64,000 bases of DNA from positions 13,972 to 77,971 of the forward strand of contig JASHPK010000048.1 in the NCBI GenBank assembly GCA_030038095.1, given 5' to 3'. The translations under genes were made by a program, and so were the position numbers. The stretch comes from Thermoplasmata archaeon. GTDB lineage: Archaea; Thermoplasmatota; Thermoplasmata; Lutacidiplasmatales; UBA184. Every line of letters begins with the position of its first letter. The first letter of the stretch is position 1. Positions 54,841 through 64,000 of the stretch are shown here, one piece after another. The notes below the pieces were generated by a model that saw nothing but the letters and a program-made list of their open reading frames with translations, did no database searches and was not told where the DNA came from.

Positions 54841-54892
54841 CCGCAGGGCCGCCTAAACTCGGTACGCCGCCGGTCCCGGCGAGGCCAATCCG

Positions 54893-55117
54893 ATGCGAAC
54901 GTACGTCCGGATGACCTTTCACTCCGAGGGCGCAAACCCGCTCAAGGTTCTGGAGGCGATGCGCGGGCTCGGCTTCGAGGAGTCGATGGGGATGCACGAC
55001 TTCGTCTACAAGTGGAAGGACCGGGCGACGCTCGACGATGTAATCCGACTCATGACCGAGATGCACGAACGGCTCAAGGGACTCGACGTGAACTACGAGA
55101 TCACGACGATCTCCTGA
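54893..55117 (+). CDS. Hypothetical small alpha/beta protein (74 aa)
   Basis: ORF 54893..55117. Strong G/C third-position bias. First gene of a three-gene unit. Confidence 0.55.
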   Translation: MRTYVRMTFHSEGANPLKVLEAMRGLGFEESMGMHDFVYKWKDRATLDDVIRLMTEMHERLKGLDVNYEITTIS

Positions 55118-55136
55118 GCCATCACCAGACCCGAGT

Positions 55137-55544
55137 ATGGTGCGCGAGGAGGTCGACCGGCTGGAGCGGCTGCTCCTGCTCCACCTGTTGGAGCACCGCG
55201 GCCAGCAGATCCGTTTCGAGGCCTCGCAGTGGACCACCGAGTTCGGGATCTTCCGGAAGTTCGCGGACGAGGAGCCGGCCGACCTCAAGCAGGCGCTCCG
55301 CACCCTCGAGATGTCCCGGATGATCTACCGCCGCACCCAGTACGTCGTCGGCTACTCCGAGCCGAAGCACGTCTACTCCCTCACCCCGAGCGGCCACCGA
55401 AAGGCGCTCGAGGTCCAGCGCGAGGAGTATGGGATGGACGGCGCCCCGCCCCCGACCGCGAGCGAGGTGATCGGCACCCCCGCGGAGGGCCCCACTCCGG
55501 CCGTCCTTCCCCGGCCTCCGACCTCCGAGGCCGACGAGGGATGA
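55137..55544 (+). CDS. Winged-helix DNA-binding protein (MarR/PadR-like) with Pro-rich tail
   Basis: ORF 55137..55544. LLLLHLLEHRGQ...LRTLEMSRMIYRR...HVYSLTPSGHRKAL. Confidence 0.6.
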   Translation: MVREEVDRLERLLLLHLLEHRGQQIRFEASQWTTEFGIFRKFADEEPADLKQALRTLEMSRMIYRRTQYVVGYSEPKHVYSLTPSGHRKALEVQREEYGMDGAPPPTASEVIGTPAEGPTPAVLPRPPTSEADEG

Positions 55545-56092
55545 AGGTTCTGGACGGAACGTCGGTTCGTCTGCGACCGCTGCGCGCCGAGGAGCTCGGG
55601 ACCGTGCACGCCTGGTACGAGGATCCCGAACTCGTCGCCCCCTTCGACCGCTTCGAGACCGAGCCGTTCGACGCGTTCGAACGGTCGATCGCGGCCGCGG
55701 AGCACGACCCCGCCTCGCTCGCCCCCCGTTACGCGATCGAGGTCCGGTCGACCGGCCGGCTCGTCGGGGTCGTCGGGCATTACCGCGCCCATCCGATCCT
55801 GGAGTACCTCGACGTCTGGTATCTCCTCGGCGAACCCTCGGCGCGCGGCCGGGGATTCGGCCGCGAGGCCGTCGGACTGCTCGTGGGGGAGCTCTTCCGC
55901 ACGGAAGCGGTGGAGCGGATTGGAGCGGTCTGCGACGTCGAGAACGCCCCCTCGTACCGGCTGCTCGAGGGACTCGGCTTCCGCCGGGAGGGCACGCTCC
56001 GCTCCGCCCTCTTCCACCACGGGCGGTGGCACGATGCGTACACCTACGGGGTCATCCGCTCGGACTGGACGGGCTCGGCTCCGCGAGCGTGA
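55541..56092 (+). CDS. GNAT N-acetyltransferase, RimJ/RimL-like
   Basis: 3' part of ORF 55229..56092. ATGA overlap with the upstream stop. VRLRPLRAEEL...RGRGFGREAV...VENAPSYRLLEGLGFRREGTLR. Confidence 0.85.
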   Translation: MKVLDGTSVRLRPLRAEELGTVHAWYEDPELVAPFDRFETEPFDAFERSIAAAEHDPASLAPRYAIEVRSTGRLVGVVGHYRAHPILEYLDVWYLLGEPSARGRGFGREAVGLLVGELFRTEAVERIGAVCDVENAPSYRLLEGLGFRREGTLRSALFHHGRWHDAYTYGVIRSDWTGSAPRA

Positions 56093-56810
56093 ATCCGATC
56101 CTCGAGGCGCCCGGTCCGAGCGCGATCGGGTCGTGGAGGAGGATCTTCCCGAGCTCTCCCGTGGATCGGACGTGGGTCCCGCCGCACGGGCACGCGTCGG
56201 TGGCCTCGATCTCCACGATCCGGACCGGGTCGACCTGGCGCGGGAGCGGCACCAGTCCCGACCGCTCCGACATCGGGTTGCGGTCCCACTCGGCGCGGGG
56301 GACGAACCGGACCTGCACCGGCCGGGGGTGGACGAACGCCTCGGCCAGGTCGCCGGCGAGCGCCGGGACCGTCTCCGTTCCGAGCGAGCCATCGAGGTCG
56401 AGCGTGGCCGAGACGCCGGCGAGCTCGGCGCGGCGCGTCTTGCGGCCGTAGCGGGCGTAGATGCGAGCACTGAGCAGGTGCTGGGCGGTGTGAAGCCGCA
56501 TGTGTCGGTGCCGTCGTTCCCAGTCGAGGGTCCCCTCGATCTCGGAGCCGATCCCCAAGCGCCGCAGCGCTCCCGGCGGGCCCTGCACCCGATGGACGAC
56601 CGTCGGGCCGGACTTCGTGACGTCCACCACCGCGAGCTGAGTGCGTTCGTCCAGCGAGATCTGCCCGTGGTCCGCCGGCTGACCCCCACCGGTCGGGTAG
56701 AAGTACGTGCGATCGAGCACCAGCGCGCCCGGGGGGAGCGCGGTGACGCGAGCGCGGAACGATCTCACGTACGCCGAGGGGAGATCCGCGAGGTACGCGA
56801 GCTCGGTCAC
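56052..56810 (-). CDS. alaX: Alanyl-tRNA editing protein AlaX (AlaX-M type)
   Basis: ORF 56052..56810. FYPTGGGQPAD, HTAQHLL, CPCGGTHV (zinc-binding editing motifs). Confidence 0.85.
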   Translation of the reverse strand: MTELAYLADLPSAYVRSFRARVTALPPGALVLDRTYFYPTGGGQPADHGQISLDERTQLAVVDVTKSGPTVVHRVQGPPGALRRLGIGSEIEGTLDWERRHRHMRLHTAQHLLSARIYARYGRKTRRAELAGVSATLDLDGSLGTETVPALAGDLAEAFVHPRPVQVRFVPRAEWDRNPMSERSGLVPLPRQVDPVRIVEIEATDACPCGGTHVRSTGELGKILLHDPIALGPGASRIGFTLAEPSPSSPSG

Positions 56811-56912
56811 GAGGGACCGGACCCCAAGTCGGAGGAAACCGCTTGCGCCTTCCCCCGGCCGCCGAGCAACCTTTTAATGGGGGCCGATGTGTCGCGCGCC
56901 GAGGCCTATCGG

Positions 56913-57644
56913 ATGTTCAAGTTACGCATCAAGATGGAGAACCTGCGCGAGGTCGTCGAGGTCGTCTCCACCTTGGTCAGCGAGGTCAAGCTGAGCGTTT
57001 CGAAGGACGGACTCGAGGCGAAGGCGGTGGACCCGTCGCACGTCGCGATGCTCGTCCTCAAGCTGCAGAAGGCGGTCTTCGAGGAGTTCACCGGCGAACC
57101 CACGGAAATCGGCGTGGACGTCGAGAAGCTCAAGGAGGTCCTCCGACTCGCGAAGCCGGGCGACGTCATCGACCTGCAGTTCGACGGCAAGAACCGGCTC
57201 GTGGCGAACGTCGGACGGATCACCCGTCAGATGGCCGTGGTCGACCCGGCCGGGATCACCGATCCGAAGGTCCCGAACGTCAGCCCTCCGGCCAGCGTCA
57301 CGCTGAAAACGGAGGACATGCGCCAGGGGATCCGTGGCAGCGAGAGCTTCACGGACCACGTCACGCTCACGCTCGCCCCCGACGCGTTCACGATGCACTC
57401 GGAGGGGGACACGGACCGGCTCGATCTTCGGATCCCGAAGGAGTCGCTCACCCGCCTCGACGTGAAGGAGCCGGTGAAGAGCATGTACCCCCTCGACTTC
57501 TTCTCGGCGATGGTGAAGTCGATCGTCGCGGAGGAGACCACGCTCCACGTCGGCAACGAGTATCCGCTCAAGATCGAGTTCGCGATGGGCGCGGGACGCG
57601 GCGAGGGCCGCTACCTGCTCGCCCCGCGCGTGGAAGAGGACTAG
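56913..57644 (+). CDS. pcn: DNA polymerase sliding clamp PCNA
   Basis: 3' part of ORF 55920..57644. MFKLRIKMENLREVVEVVSTLVSEVKL...YPLDFFSAMVK...YLLAPRVEED. ATG 56913 chosen because the TATA-like CTTTTAAT at 56871-56878 overlaps the upstream ATG 56877. Confidence 0.92.
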   Translation: MFKLRIKMENLREVVEVVSTLVSEVKLSVSKDGLEAKAVDPSHVAMLVLKLQKAVFEEFTGEPTEIGVDVEKLKEVLRLAKPGDVIDLQFDGKNRLVANVGRITRQMAVVDPAGITDPKVPNVSPPASVTLKTEDMRQGIRGSESFTDHVTLTLAPDAFTMHSEGDTDRLDLRIPKESLTRLDVKEPVKSMYPLDFFSAMVKSIVAEETTLHVGNEYPLKIEFAMGAGRGEGRYLLAPRVEED

Positions 57645-57725
57645 TCCGGTCCCCCGCGTCGCGCTCGAGCGGGGGAAACGAAGTCCCCCCGATAGCTTCT
57701 TACTCGCTCTCCCGGTCGATGCGGC

Positions 57726-58931
57726 ATGTCGGCCCGCCCGGGACCGTCGGTCGCCATCCTCGCGGGAGTCCGAACCCCCTTCGGCAAGTACGGGGGGGCG
57801 CTCCGGGGGGTGCCCTCGGTGCGTCTCGGGGCGCTCGCGGCGCGCGGCGCCCTCGACCGGGCCGGCGTCGAGGCGAAGGAGGTCGACGAGGTCGTCTTCG
57901 GCCACGGGATCCAGGCCGGCGCCGGCCAGAACCCGGCGCGCCAGGTGCTGCGCTACGCCGGGGTCCCCGATGAGGTCGGGGCCGTGACGGTCAACATGGT
58001 CTGCGGCTCGGGGATGAAGGCGGTCCACCTCGGCTACCAGGCGATCCGCTCGGGCGAGAGCGACCTCGTCCTGGTCGGGGGCATGGAGAGCATGTCGAAC
58101 GCCCCGTTCCTCGTGGATTCCTCGATGCGCTGGGGTTCGAACCCGGGCCAGCACACGCTGCTCGATGCGATGCAGTGGGACTCGCTCACGGACGCCTACG
58201 AGGAGCACGAGCTCATGGGGCTCACGGGGGAGCGGGTCGCGCGAAAGCTCCAGCTGACCCGGGCCGACGTCGACGCCTTCGGGATGCGGAGCCATGTCCG
58301 GGCGGCGCGGGCGGTCGCGGACGGTACGTTCTCGACCGAGACGGTGCCCGTCCCGGCCGATCTCACCCCGAACGGCAAGAGCCTCATCGCCGACGAGGGC
58401 CCGCGCGGAGACACGACGCTGGACGGGCTCGCCCGACTCCGGCCCGTCTTCGCCCCCGACGGAGTCCTCACCGCCGGCAACTCTTCGCGCCTGTCGGACG
58501 GCGCGGCGGCGCTCGTGCTCGCGAGCGCCCGGCAGGTCTCGGAACGGGGGGTCCACCCCCTCGCGTGGATCCATTCGATCGGCGAGGGCGGCATCCATCC
58601 GCGCGACGTGATGGAGGCCCCGATCCCGACGGTGAAGCGGCATCTCGAGCGCGTCGGGCTCTCCCCCTCGGACTTCGACCGCGTGGAGCACAACGAGGCG
58701 TACTCCTCGGCGTCGATCGCCGTCCAGCGGGCCTTCGGCTTCACCGAGGCGCAGTTCAACGTCCACGGCGGGGCGATCGCCCTCGGCCACCCGATCGGGG
58801 CGAGCGGGGCCCGGATCGTCCTGACGCTCGCCCACGACCTCGCGCGCACCGGCGGTCGGCTCGGGCTCGCCACCCTCTGCATGGGGGGCGGGAACGGCCT
58901 GAGCCTGATCGTCGACCGGAGCGGGCTCTAG
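57726..58931 (+). CDS. Acetyl-CoA C-acetyltransferase (thiolase)
   Basis: ORF 57726..58931. VNMVCGSGMKAV (Cys), NVHGGAIALGHPIGASG, CMGGGNG. Confidence 0.92.
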   Translation: MSARPGPSVAILAGVRTPFGKYGGALRGVPSVRLGALAARGALDRAGVEAKEVDEVVFGHGIQAGAGQNPARQVLRYAGVPDEVGAVTVNMVCGSGMKAVHLGYQAIRSGESDLVLVGGMESMSNAPFLVDSSMRWGSNPGQHTLLDAMQWDSLTDAYEEHELMGLTGERVARKLQLTRADVDAFGMRSHVRAARAVADGTFSTETVPVPADLTPNGKSLIADEGPRGDTTLDGLARLRPVFAPDGVLTAGNSSRLSDGAAALVLASARQVSERGVHPLAWIHSIGEGGIHPRDVMEAPIPTVKRHLERVGLSPSDFDRVEHNEAYSSASIAVQRAFGFTEAQFNVHGGAIALGHPIGASGARIVLTLAHDLARTGGRLGLATLCMGGGNGLSLIVDRSGL

Positions 58932-60145
58932 CGGACGGGGACGCCGAGGCGTCGCTCGATCTCGTCGAGCGCGGCGGTCGCGGAGCGTCGCTCGCCCCGC
59001 GGGATGGTCCCGCTCGGATCCCGGTCGATCCGGGCGGCAAACGCCGCCACGAGGTCCATCGCGCGGTCGGTCGCGAGGTCGTTCGAGAGGGCGGCCCGCA
59101 CCTCGTCCGCGAGGCGACGGGCGGCCGCGGCGCCGACGCGGCCCCCGCCGCCTCCGGAGAGCCAGCGGGCGACCGTCGAGCGGACCCGGGAGAATTCGGC
59201 CGAGGCGAGCCGGAGCGCCTTCGGGTCCCACTCGAGCCGCTCGGAGTAGCGGGGGCCGAGCAGGTACCACCGCAGGCCCCCCGGCCCGGCTTCGGTGAGC
59301 GCCTCCCGGATCGTGATGAGGTTGCCCACCGACTTCGACATCTTCGCCCCGTTCTGGAGGACGAAGGCGGTGTGGAGGAAGGCTCGCGAGAACGGATGGC
59401 CGTTGAGCGCGAGGGCGATCTCGTTCTCGGCGTGGTGGTGGGGGTAGATCAGGTCGAGGCCGCCGCCGTGGAGATCGACCGGGATCCCGAGGTACTCCTG
59501 GGCCATCGCGTAGCACTCGAGATGCCAGCCGGGCATCCCGCGGCCCCAGGGCCCGTCCCAGGACGGCCGCGGTGGCTCCTGCCGCTGCCAGACCATGAAG
59601 TCGCCCATCCCGGCGCCGGTCTCGGGGAAGGGGTGGCCCGCCTCGATCACGGCGTGCTGGGCGAGCTGCTCGCCCATCGGGAAGTTCTCCCGCCGGGGCC
59701 GGTCGGGCGGACAGTAGTACCACACCCCGTCCTCGCCCCGGATCCGGCCGGTCTTCTCGAGCCGGGCGGCCACCCGGACCATCCGTGGGATGAACGCGCT
59801 CGCGCGGGGGCGGTGCGTCGGGCGGAGGATCCCGAGCACGTCGAGGTCCCGGAAGAACGCGGCCTCCTCGCGCCGGGCGAGCGCCCGCCACGAGACCCCG
59901 AGCGCCGCCGCGCGTCGGTCGATCTTCTCCTCGAAGTCCGTGATGTTCATCACATGGGTCACCGGGGTGCCGTCGGCCTCGAGGGTGCGGCGGACGACGT
60001 CGAAGTAGAGGTAGGTCCGCGCGTGACCCACATGGGCCGGGGCGTAGACGGTCGGCCCGCAGACGTACATTCCGAGCGGCCGGCCCGCCCGCCGGCGGAC
60101 CTCGAGGAGGCGTCCGGTCAGGGTGTCGTGGACCCGCAGCGTCAT
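58928..60145 (-). CDS. cysS: Cysteine--tRNA ligase
   Basis: ORF 58928..60223, starting at ATG 60145. CGPTVYAPAHVGHARTY (HIGH), GWHLEC, KMSKS. Confidence 0.9.
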   Translation of the reverse strand: MTLRVHDTLTGRLLEVRRRAGRPLGMYVCGPTVYAPAHVGHARTYLYFDVVRRTLEADGTPVTHVMNITDFEEKIDRRAAALGVSWRALARREEAAFFRDLDVLGILRPTHRPRASAFIPRMVRVAARLEKTGRIRGEDGVWYYCPPDRPRRENFPMGEQLAQHAVIEAGHPFPETGAGMGDFMVWQRQEPPRPSWDGPWGRGMPGWHLECYAMAQEYLGIPVDLHGGGLDLIYPHHHAENEIALALNGHPFSRAFLHTAFVLQNGAKMSKSVGNLITIREALTEAGPGGLRWYLLGPRYSERLEWDPKALRLASAEFSRVRSTVARWLSGGGGGRVGAAAARRLADEVRAALSNDLATDRAMDLVAAFAARIDRDPSGTIPRGERRSATAALDEIERRLGVPVR

Positions 60146-60289
60146 TCGGCGAGGACGCCGGGGACGGGCCGCGAATAACGCTTTAGGGGGGTGGCCGCCC
60201 GCGATGCCCCCCTGTCCGCGCACCGAGGGCCGCCGGATCGGGAGTCGCTAGGTTGAATACCCCGGCGGGTGTGGAGCTCGGGGCCGGAC

Positions 60290-60526
60290 ATGGAAACCCT
60301 CTTCCTCCTGGTCGAGACCGAGGTCGGCCGGCTCGACGAGGTGCTGCAGCGGATCCGGACCGTCCCGAGCGTCACCGAGGTCCAGGCCGTGACCGGTCCG
60401 TTCGACCTGATCGTCAAGGTCCAGGCGCCCCACATCAACCAGGCGCTCGACACGGTGATCCACCGGATCCGGAAGATCCCCGGTATCAAGTCGACCGAGA
60501 CGCTCGTCACCGTCGCGACCGCCTGA
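60290..60526 (+). CDS. Stand-alone RAM (Lrp/AsnC ligand-binding) domain protein
   Basis: ORF 60269..60526, starting at ATG 60290. METLFLLVETEVGRLDEVLQRIRTVPSVTEVQAVTGPFDLIVKV. Confidence 0.7.
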   Translation: METLFLLVETEVGRLDEVLQRIRTVPSVTEVQAVTGPFDLIVKVQAPHINQALDTVIHRIRKIPGIKSTETLVTVATA

Positions 60527-60547
60527 GCGCGAGCGCCGCGCTCCGGG

Positions 60548-60555
60548 TTTTAATA
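60548..60555 (+). promoter_or_regulatory. TATA box TTTTAATA upstream of bcp
   Basis: Centre lies ~26 nt upstream of ATG 60578. It argues against the upstream TTG 60566 start. Confidence 0.5.
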
Positions 60556-60577
60556 GGGCCCGCGGTTGCGTCCGTCG

Positions 60578-61018
60578 ATGATCGCAGCCGGCGACACGGC
60601 CCCGGACTTCGAGGCGCCCATCCAGGACGGAACTCCCTTCAAGCTCTCCGCGCTGCGCGGGGCGCCCGTGGTCCTCTACTTCTATCCGAAGGCCGACACC
60701 CCGGGGTGCACCGTCGAGGCGAAGGGGTTCCGCGACCAGTACTCGGAGTACCGCGGGAAGAAGGTCCACGTGGTCGGCGTGAGCGTCGACGACTGCCCGG
60801 ACCAGAAGAAGTTCACCGACAAGTACGGCCTGCCGTTCCCGCTGGTGGCCGACCGGTCCAAGGCGGTCGCGACCGCCTACGGCGTGCTCGGGCCCAGCGG
60901 GAACGCCCGCCGCGTGACGTTCCTCATCGACCCGAAGGGTAAGGTCCTCGAGGTCGTCGACAAGTCGTCGCCCGACCTCCACCTGGAACGGGCCCGCGAG
61001 CGCTTCCTGAAGCCGTAA
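60578..61018 (+). CDS. bcp: Thioredoxin-dependent peroxiredoxin Bcp
   Basis: ORF 60566..61018. GDTAPDFEAP...VVLYFYPKADTPGCTVEA (peroxidatic Cys). Confidence 0.9.
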   Translation: MIAAGDTAPDFEAPIQDGTPFKLSALRGAPVVLYFYPKADTPGCTVEAKGFRDQYSEYRGKKVHVVGVSVDDCPDQKKFTDKYGLPFPLVADRSKAVATAYGVLGPSGNARRVTFLIDPKGKVLEVVDKSSPDLHLERARERFLKP

Positions 61019-61021
61019 TTC

Positions 61022-61037
61022 GCCCGCGCGAGCGGGC
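61022..61037. terminator. GCCCGC-GCGA-GCGGGC hairpin between convergent bcp and MMPL genes
   Basis: Perfect 6-bp GC stem with a 4-nt loop, read directly. No oligo-T tract, so a terminator role is speculative. Confidence 0.3.
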
Positions 61038-61063
61038 CCGTCTCCCCGGCCGCGCCCGCCGGA

Positions 61064-64000
61064 TCAGGGGGGATTCTCGGCGGGGCCCTCGGGGGTCGGT
61101 GCGGCCTTCGGCTTGCGCCCGGAGAGGGTCCAGACCCGGTCCCCGAACAGCTGGAGGGCCGCCGGCACCACGTACGTCCGCACGACCATCGCGTCGAGCA
61201 GGATGGCGATCGCCACGGAGAAGCCGATCGCTTCGATGATCACGAAGTCCCCGACCGTGAGGGCCGCGAACGCGCTCGCGAGGATCACCGCGGCCGCGGT
61301 GATGATCCCGCCGGTCCGCGCGACCCCCTCGACCGCGGCTTCGCTCGACGAGCGGCCGCGCACCCGTTCCTCCCGGACGCGGGTGAGCAGGAAGATGTTG
61401 TAGTCGATGCCGAGGCCCAGGATCAGGATGAACAGCACCGTCTCGACGAAGAAGAACAGCGGGAATCCGAGGAGCTGCTGGAAGACGAGGTAGGTGAGCG
61501 CCCACGCCCAGCTGATCGAGAGTCCGATCGTCGCGACGCCCATGAGGGCGATGATCCAGGAGCGGAGCACGACGAGGAGGACGACCACGAGCCCGATGGT
61601 GACGGCGAGGAGCAGGTAGTCGGTCGCGTGGGCCGTCTGGGTCGCGAGGTCGTTGATCGTCGGCGCCCCGCCGCCGTAGGCGAGCGCGGTGACCTCGGGG
61701 TGGGCCGTCGCGTAGCGCCCGTAGGACGCCTCCACGCTCCCGACCGCCGCCACGGCGCTGGTCGAGAGGCCGGCGGAGGCGGGGACGAGGGTGAGGAGGA
61801 CCGTCCGGTGATCGAGCCCGACGTAGCCGGACCACGTGCCGAGCAGGTTCTCCCGCGTCGCGCTCGGAACGCTGGAGAGGGCCAGCCACGTCGGGAGCGG
61901 CGCGCCCGAGGGTCCGATCGGCGAATTGACCGAGGCGATCCCGCTCGTCCCGTTCGCGAGGTCCGTCAGGTTGGCGAGGTCGAGGAACTCGGTCGCGTTG
62001 GTCGTGTTCCCGACCACCGGCGGCGACGCGAAGGTCACGAGGACGAAGGAGGGGACCGAGAACCCCGGCCCGAAGGCGTTCCCGAGCTCGGCGAGTCCGG
62101 TCGTGGCGCTGTGGTCCTTCGGGAGCTGCTCGTAGAAGTCGTAGGAGAGCGGGACCGTGAGCGCGACGGCGACGAGCGGGATCGAGACGAGGAGGGCGAC
62201 CCCGAGGACGGCCCGCGGGTGCCGCTGGCTCGCGCGGCCGGCCCGGTAGAAGTACGTCCGCTCGGCCCCGGCCCGGGACGCCGCCGCCGCCGCGTGACGG
62301 CGGAACCGCTCGCCCGTCGTCGGCCAGAAGATCCTCGGGCCGATGAGCTTCAGGAACGCCGGGACGATCGTGAGGGAGAGCACGAGCGTGAGGAAGATCG
62401 CCAGCGAGAGGACCATCCCCCACTCCGCGAGGAGCGCAACCCCGCTGAAGGCGAGGGCGAGCGTCGCGATGATCGCGGTGGCCCCGCTGGTCGCGACCGA
62501 CTGCCCGGCCCACGTGAGCGCCCGGACGATCGCGTCGTCCGGCGAGCGGCCCCGGACGAGCTCCTCCCGGTAGCGGGCGATGAGGAAGATCGAGTAGTCG
62601 GTGCCGACCCCGAGGACGAACACCTCCTCGAGGGTCAGCGCGGTCGTGTCGATGTGCTCGACGAACGTTCCGAGCAGGACCGTGCCCCCGAGGCCCAGGA
62701 CGAGGGCGATCGCGAGTCCGCCGAACGAGACGAGGGGGGTGATCGGCGATCGGAAGTAGAGCATCGAGATTGCGAGGAGGAGCCCGACGGTGAGCGGGAG
62801 CACGAGGGTCAGGGCCGAGTCGATCGCCTGGTTCGTGAGCTGGTCGAGGGCCGCCCCGCCGGTCTGGTAGTACGAGATCGATCGGCTCGGGTCGTTCGCC
62901 GCGATGACGCCCGGCACGAGGCCGCCGATGACCCCGAGGTCGTGGTCGACGGGGTTCCCGCCGCTCGAGTTCGTGGTGTCGTCCCCCACCGAGAACGACA
63001 CCTGGACGATCTGCGCGGTGCCGTCGGGGTTCACGAACTGGCTCAGGATCGCGTACGGGACGGGGAGCGGCTCGCTCCACAGGGTCACGTTCGCGACGGT
63101 CCCGTTCGCGTACTCGCTCGCCGCGCCGGGCGAGACGACGCCCGTGGGGAACGCATTCCAGACCGAGAGGATCCACGGGGCGGGAAGCCCCGAGCCGTCC
63201 GAAAGGATCCGGGCGCCCACCGATCGCTGCGCAGAGGCGTTGGTCGAGTTCTCGACCCCGAGGGCCGCGAGGACGGTCCGGGGGACGAGCTGCTGTGCGG
63301 GGTTCGGCACGAGGACGGGGATCAGCGGACCTTCGTTGGTCCGGGCGGCCGCGTCCGCGCAGGTTGCGACGGCCCCCGGATCCGCCGCGCAGGCGTAGGT
63401 GCCGTTGAAGCCCGTGCCGCCCGACGAGGTCCCGTTGTAGAACGTGGAGAGGACGAGCGAGGCGGTCGAGTTCGCGAGCTCCTCGCTGGTCGTTAGGAGG
63501 GCAGGCCAGTTCGCGTCGGCCGGCTCGGGCGCGTGGGCCGCGAGCCCCTCCCAATTCTCCACGTAGAGGGCAGGCGGGCCCCACAGGAGCGTGGACGCGT
63601 TCGCGATCCCCTCGGCGAGGGAGGGATGGGTCGCCGCTCCGGCGACGATGACGCCGTTCGCGAGCCGCACCTGGCCCGCGAGGTACTGGGCGTACTCGAC
63701 GTAGACGCTGTCGATCGCGGCGACCTCCTGGAGCGACCGATCGCGCTCGAGGGCGCTCGTCACGGCGAGGACGACCCCCTGGGCGTTCGCGTCGGTCATG
63801 TTCGGGGCGACGAGCAGGATCGTCGTGGACGAACCGCCCGACTCGTTCGGGAACAGCTGCGCGAGACGGGCCGCGGCGACGGCGCTCGGCGCGCTCGACG
63901 ACACCGTCGTGAAGGAGTTGGTCGTCACCGAGCCGAGCAGCGACAGGAACGGGAGCGCGACGAGGAGGAGGACGACCCAGAAGACGATCGGGTAGACCGG
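61064..64000 (-). CDS. MMPL/RND-superfamily membrane transporter (partial; 5' end beyond the window end)
   Basis: ORF 61064..63928. The reading frame stays open to 64000 and encodes the first TM helix (PVYPIVFWVVLLLVALPFLSLLGS). Two MMPL modules (GTDYSIFLIARYREEL, GIDYNIFLLTRVREE). Confidence 0.85.
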   Translation of the reverse strand, partial: PVYPIVFWVVLLLVALPFLSLLGSVTTNSFTTVSSSAPSAVAAARLAQLFPNESGGSSTTILLVAPNMTDANAQGVVLAVTSALERDRSLQEVAAIDSVYVEYAQYLAGQVRLANGVIVAGAATHPSLAEGIANASTLLWGPPALYVENWEGLAAHAPEPADANWPALLTTSEELANSTASLVLSTFYNGTSSGGTGFNGTYACAADPGAVATCADAAARTNEGPLIPVLVPNPAQQLVPRTVLAALGVENSTNASAQRSVGARILSDGSGLPAPWILSVWNAFPTGVVSPGAASEYANGTVANVTLWSEPLPVPYAILSQFVNPDGTAQIVQVSFSVGDDTTNSSGGNPVDHDLGVIGGLVPGVIAANDPSRSISYYQTGGAALDQLTNQAIDSALTLVLPLTVGLLLAISMLYFRSPITPLVSFGGLAIALVLGLGGTVLLGTFVEHIDTTALTLEEVFVLGVGTDYSIFLIARYREELVRGRSPDDAIVRALTWAGQSVATSGATAIIATLALAFSGVALLAEWGMVLSLAIFLTLVLSLTIVPAFLKLIGPRIFWPTTGERFRRHAAAAASRAGAERTYFYRAGRASQRHPRAVLGVALLVSIPLVAVALTVPLSYDFYEQLPKDHSATTGLAELGNAFGPGFSVPSFVLVTFASPPVVGNTTNATEFLDLANLTDLANGTSGIASVNSPIGPSGAPLPTWLALSSVPSATRENLLGTWSGYVGLDHRTVLLTLVPASAGLSTSAVAAVGSVEASYGRYATAHPEVTALAYGGGAPTINDLATQTAHATDYLLLAVTIGLVVVLLVVLRSWIIALMGVATIGLSISWAWALTYLVFQQLLGFPLFFFVETVLFILILGLGIDYNIFLLTRVREERVRGRSSSEAAVEGVARTGGIITAAAVILASAFAALTVGDFVIIEAIGFSVAIAILLDAMVVRTYVVPAALQLFGDRVWTLSGRKPKAAPTPEGPAENPP

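Noticed and set aside
55137-56092. The translationally coupled wHTH + GNAT pair as a TacT/AtaT-like toxin-antitoxin module
   Set aside because: The acetyltransferase has the RimJ/RimL (ribosomal-protein N-acetyltransferase) layout rather than the small GNAT-toxin layout. The upstream protein is a wHTH, not an RHH/DUF1778 antitoxin. There is no mobile-element context.
56922-59891. 989-aa minus-strand ORF, and the 667-aa plus-strand ORF at 58175..60178
   Set aside because: They overlap PCNA, thiolase and cysS, all of which have diagnostic motifs in other frames or on the other strand. No motifs, biased composition.
60924-63584. 886-aa minus-strand and 622-aa plus-strand (61628..63496) ORFs inside the MMPL region
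   Set aside because: The frame of ORF 61064..63928 gives 12 TM helices and two MMPL signatures. The other frames give Arg/Pro/Gly-rich sequence.

Overview
Very GC-rich (about 70% by eye, not computed), tightly packed archaeal chromosome segment. It holds about 60 protein-coding genes and one intron-containing tRNA. I saw no rRNA, CRISPR array, transposase, integrase or prophage. Archaeal origin is unambiguous: TFB, PCNA, aIF2-gamma, ribosomal proteins uS2 and eS6, SRP54, Pth2, archaeal PheS/PheT, PurP, phosphopantothenate synthetase, a FlaK/PibD-type peptidase and Trm112. A short enolase, an S53 peptidase and thermopsin-like surface repeats hint at a Thermoplasmata-like lineage, but that is inference only. 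Content: (i) at 1-9015, an Opp/Dpp-type peptide ABC importer with a 1297-aa membrane-anchored binding protein; (ii) housekeeping translation, transcription and replication genes; (iii) propionyl/branched-chain acyl-CoA metabolism split over two loci, with methylmalonyl-CoA mutase large subunit plus epimerase at 18.8-20.9 kb, the B12-binding subunit plus MeaB at 48.8-50.2 kb, and also an acyl-CoA dehydrogenase and a thiolase; (iv) regulators (TrmB-V4R, tandem Lrp, stand-alone RAM, wHTH), transporters (MFS, ABC-2, MMPL) and a small glycosylation cluster. Many of the longest ORFs in the six-frame track are antisense or alternate-frame artefacts of high GC. I did not find a clear multi-gene novel system such as a defence island. 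The most unusual observations are: a tRNA-Ser(GGA) with a 33-nt intron inside the T-loop; the same beta-sandwich repeat signature in the binding-protein tail and in the extracellular loop of its permease; an internally duplicated PD-(D/E)XK (Cas4-like) protein with a distinctive Cys4 motif; pheT with no canonical start codon (ACG at the expected position); a signal peptidase with long charged cytoplasmic tails; and a consistent TATA-to-start spacing that implies mostly leaderless first genes.
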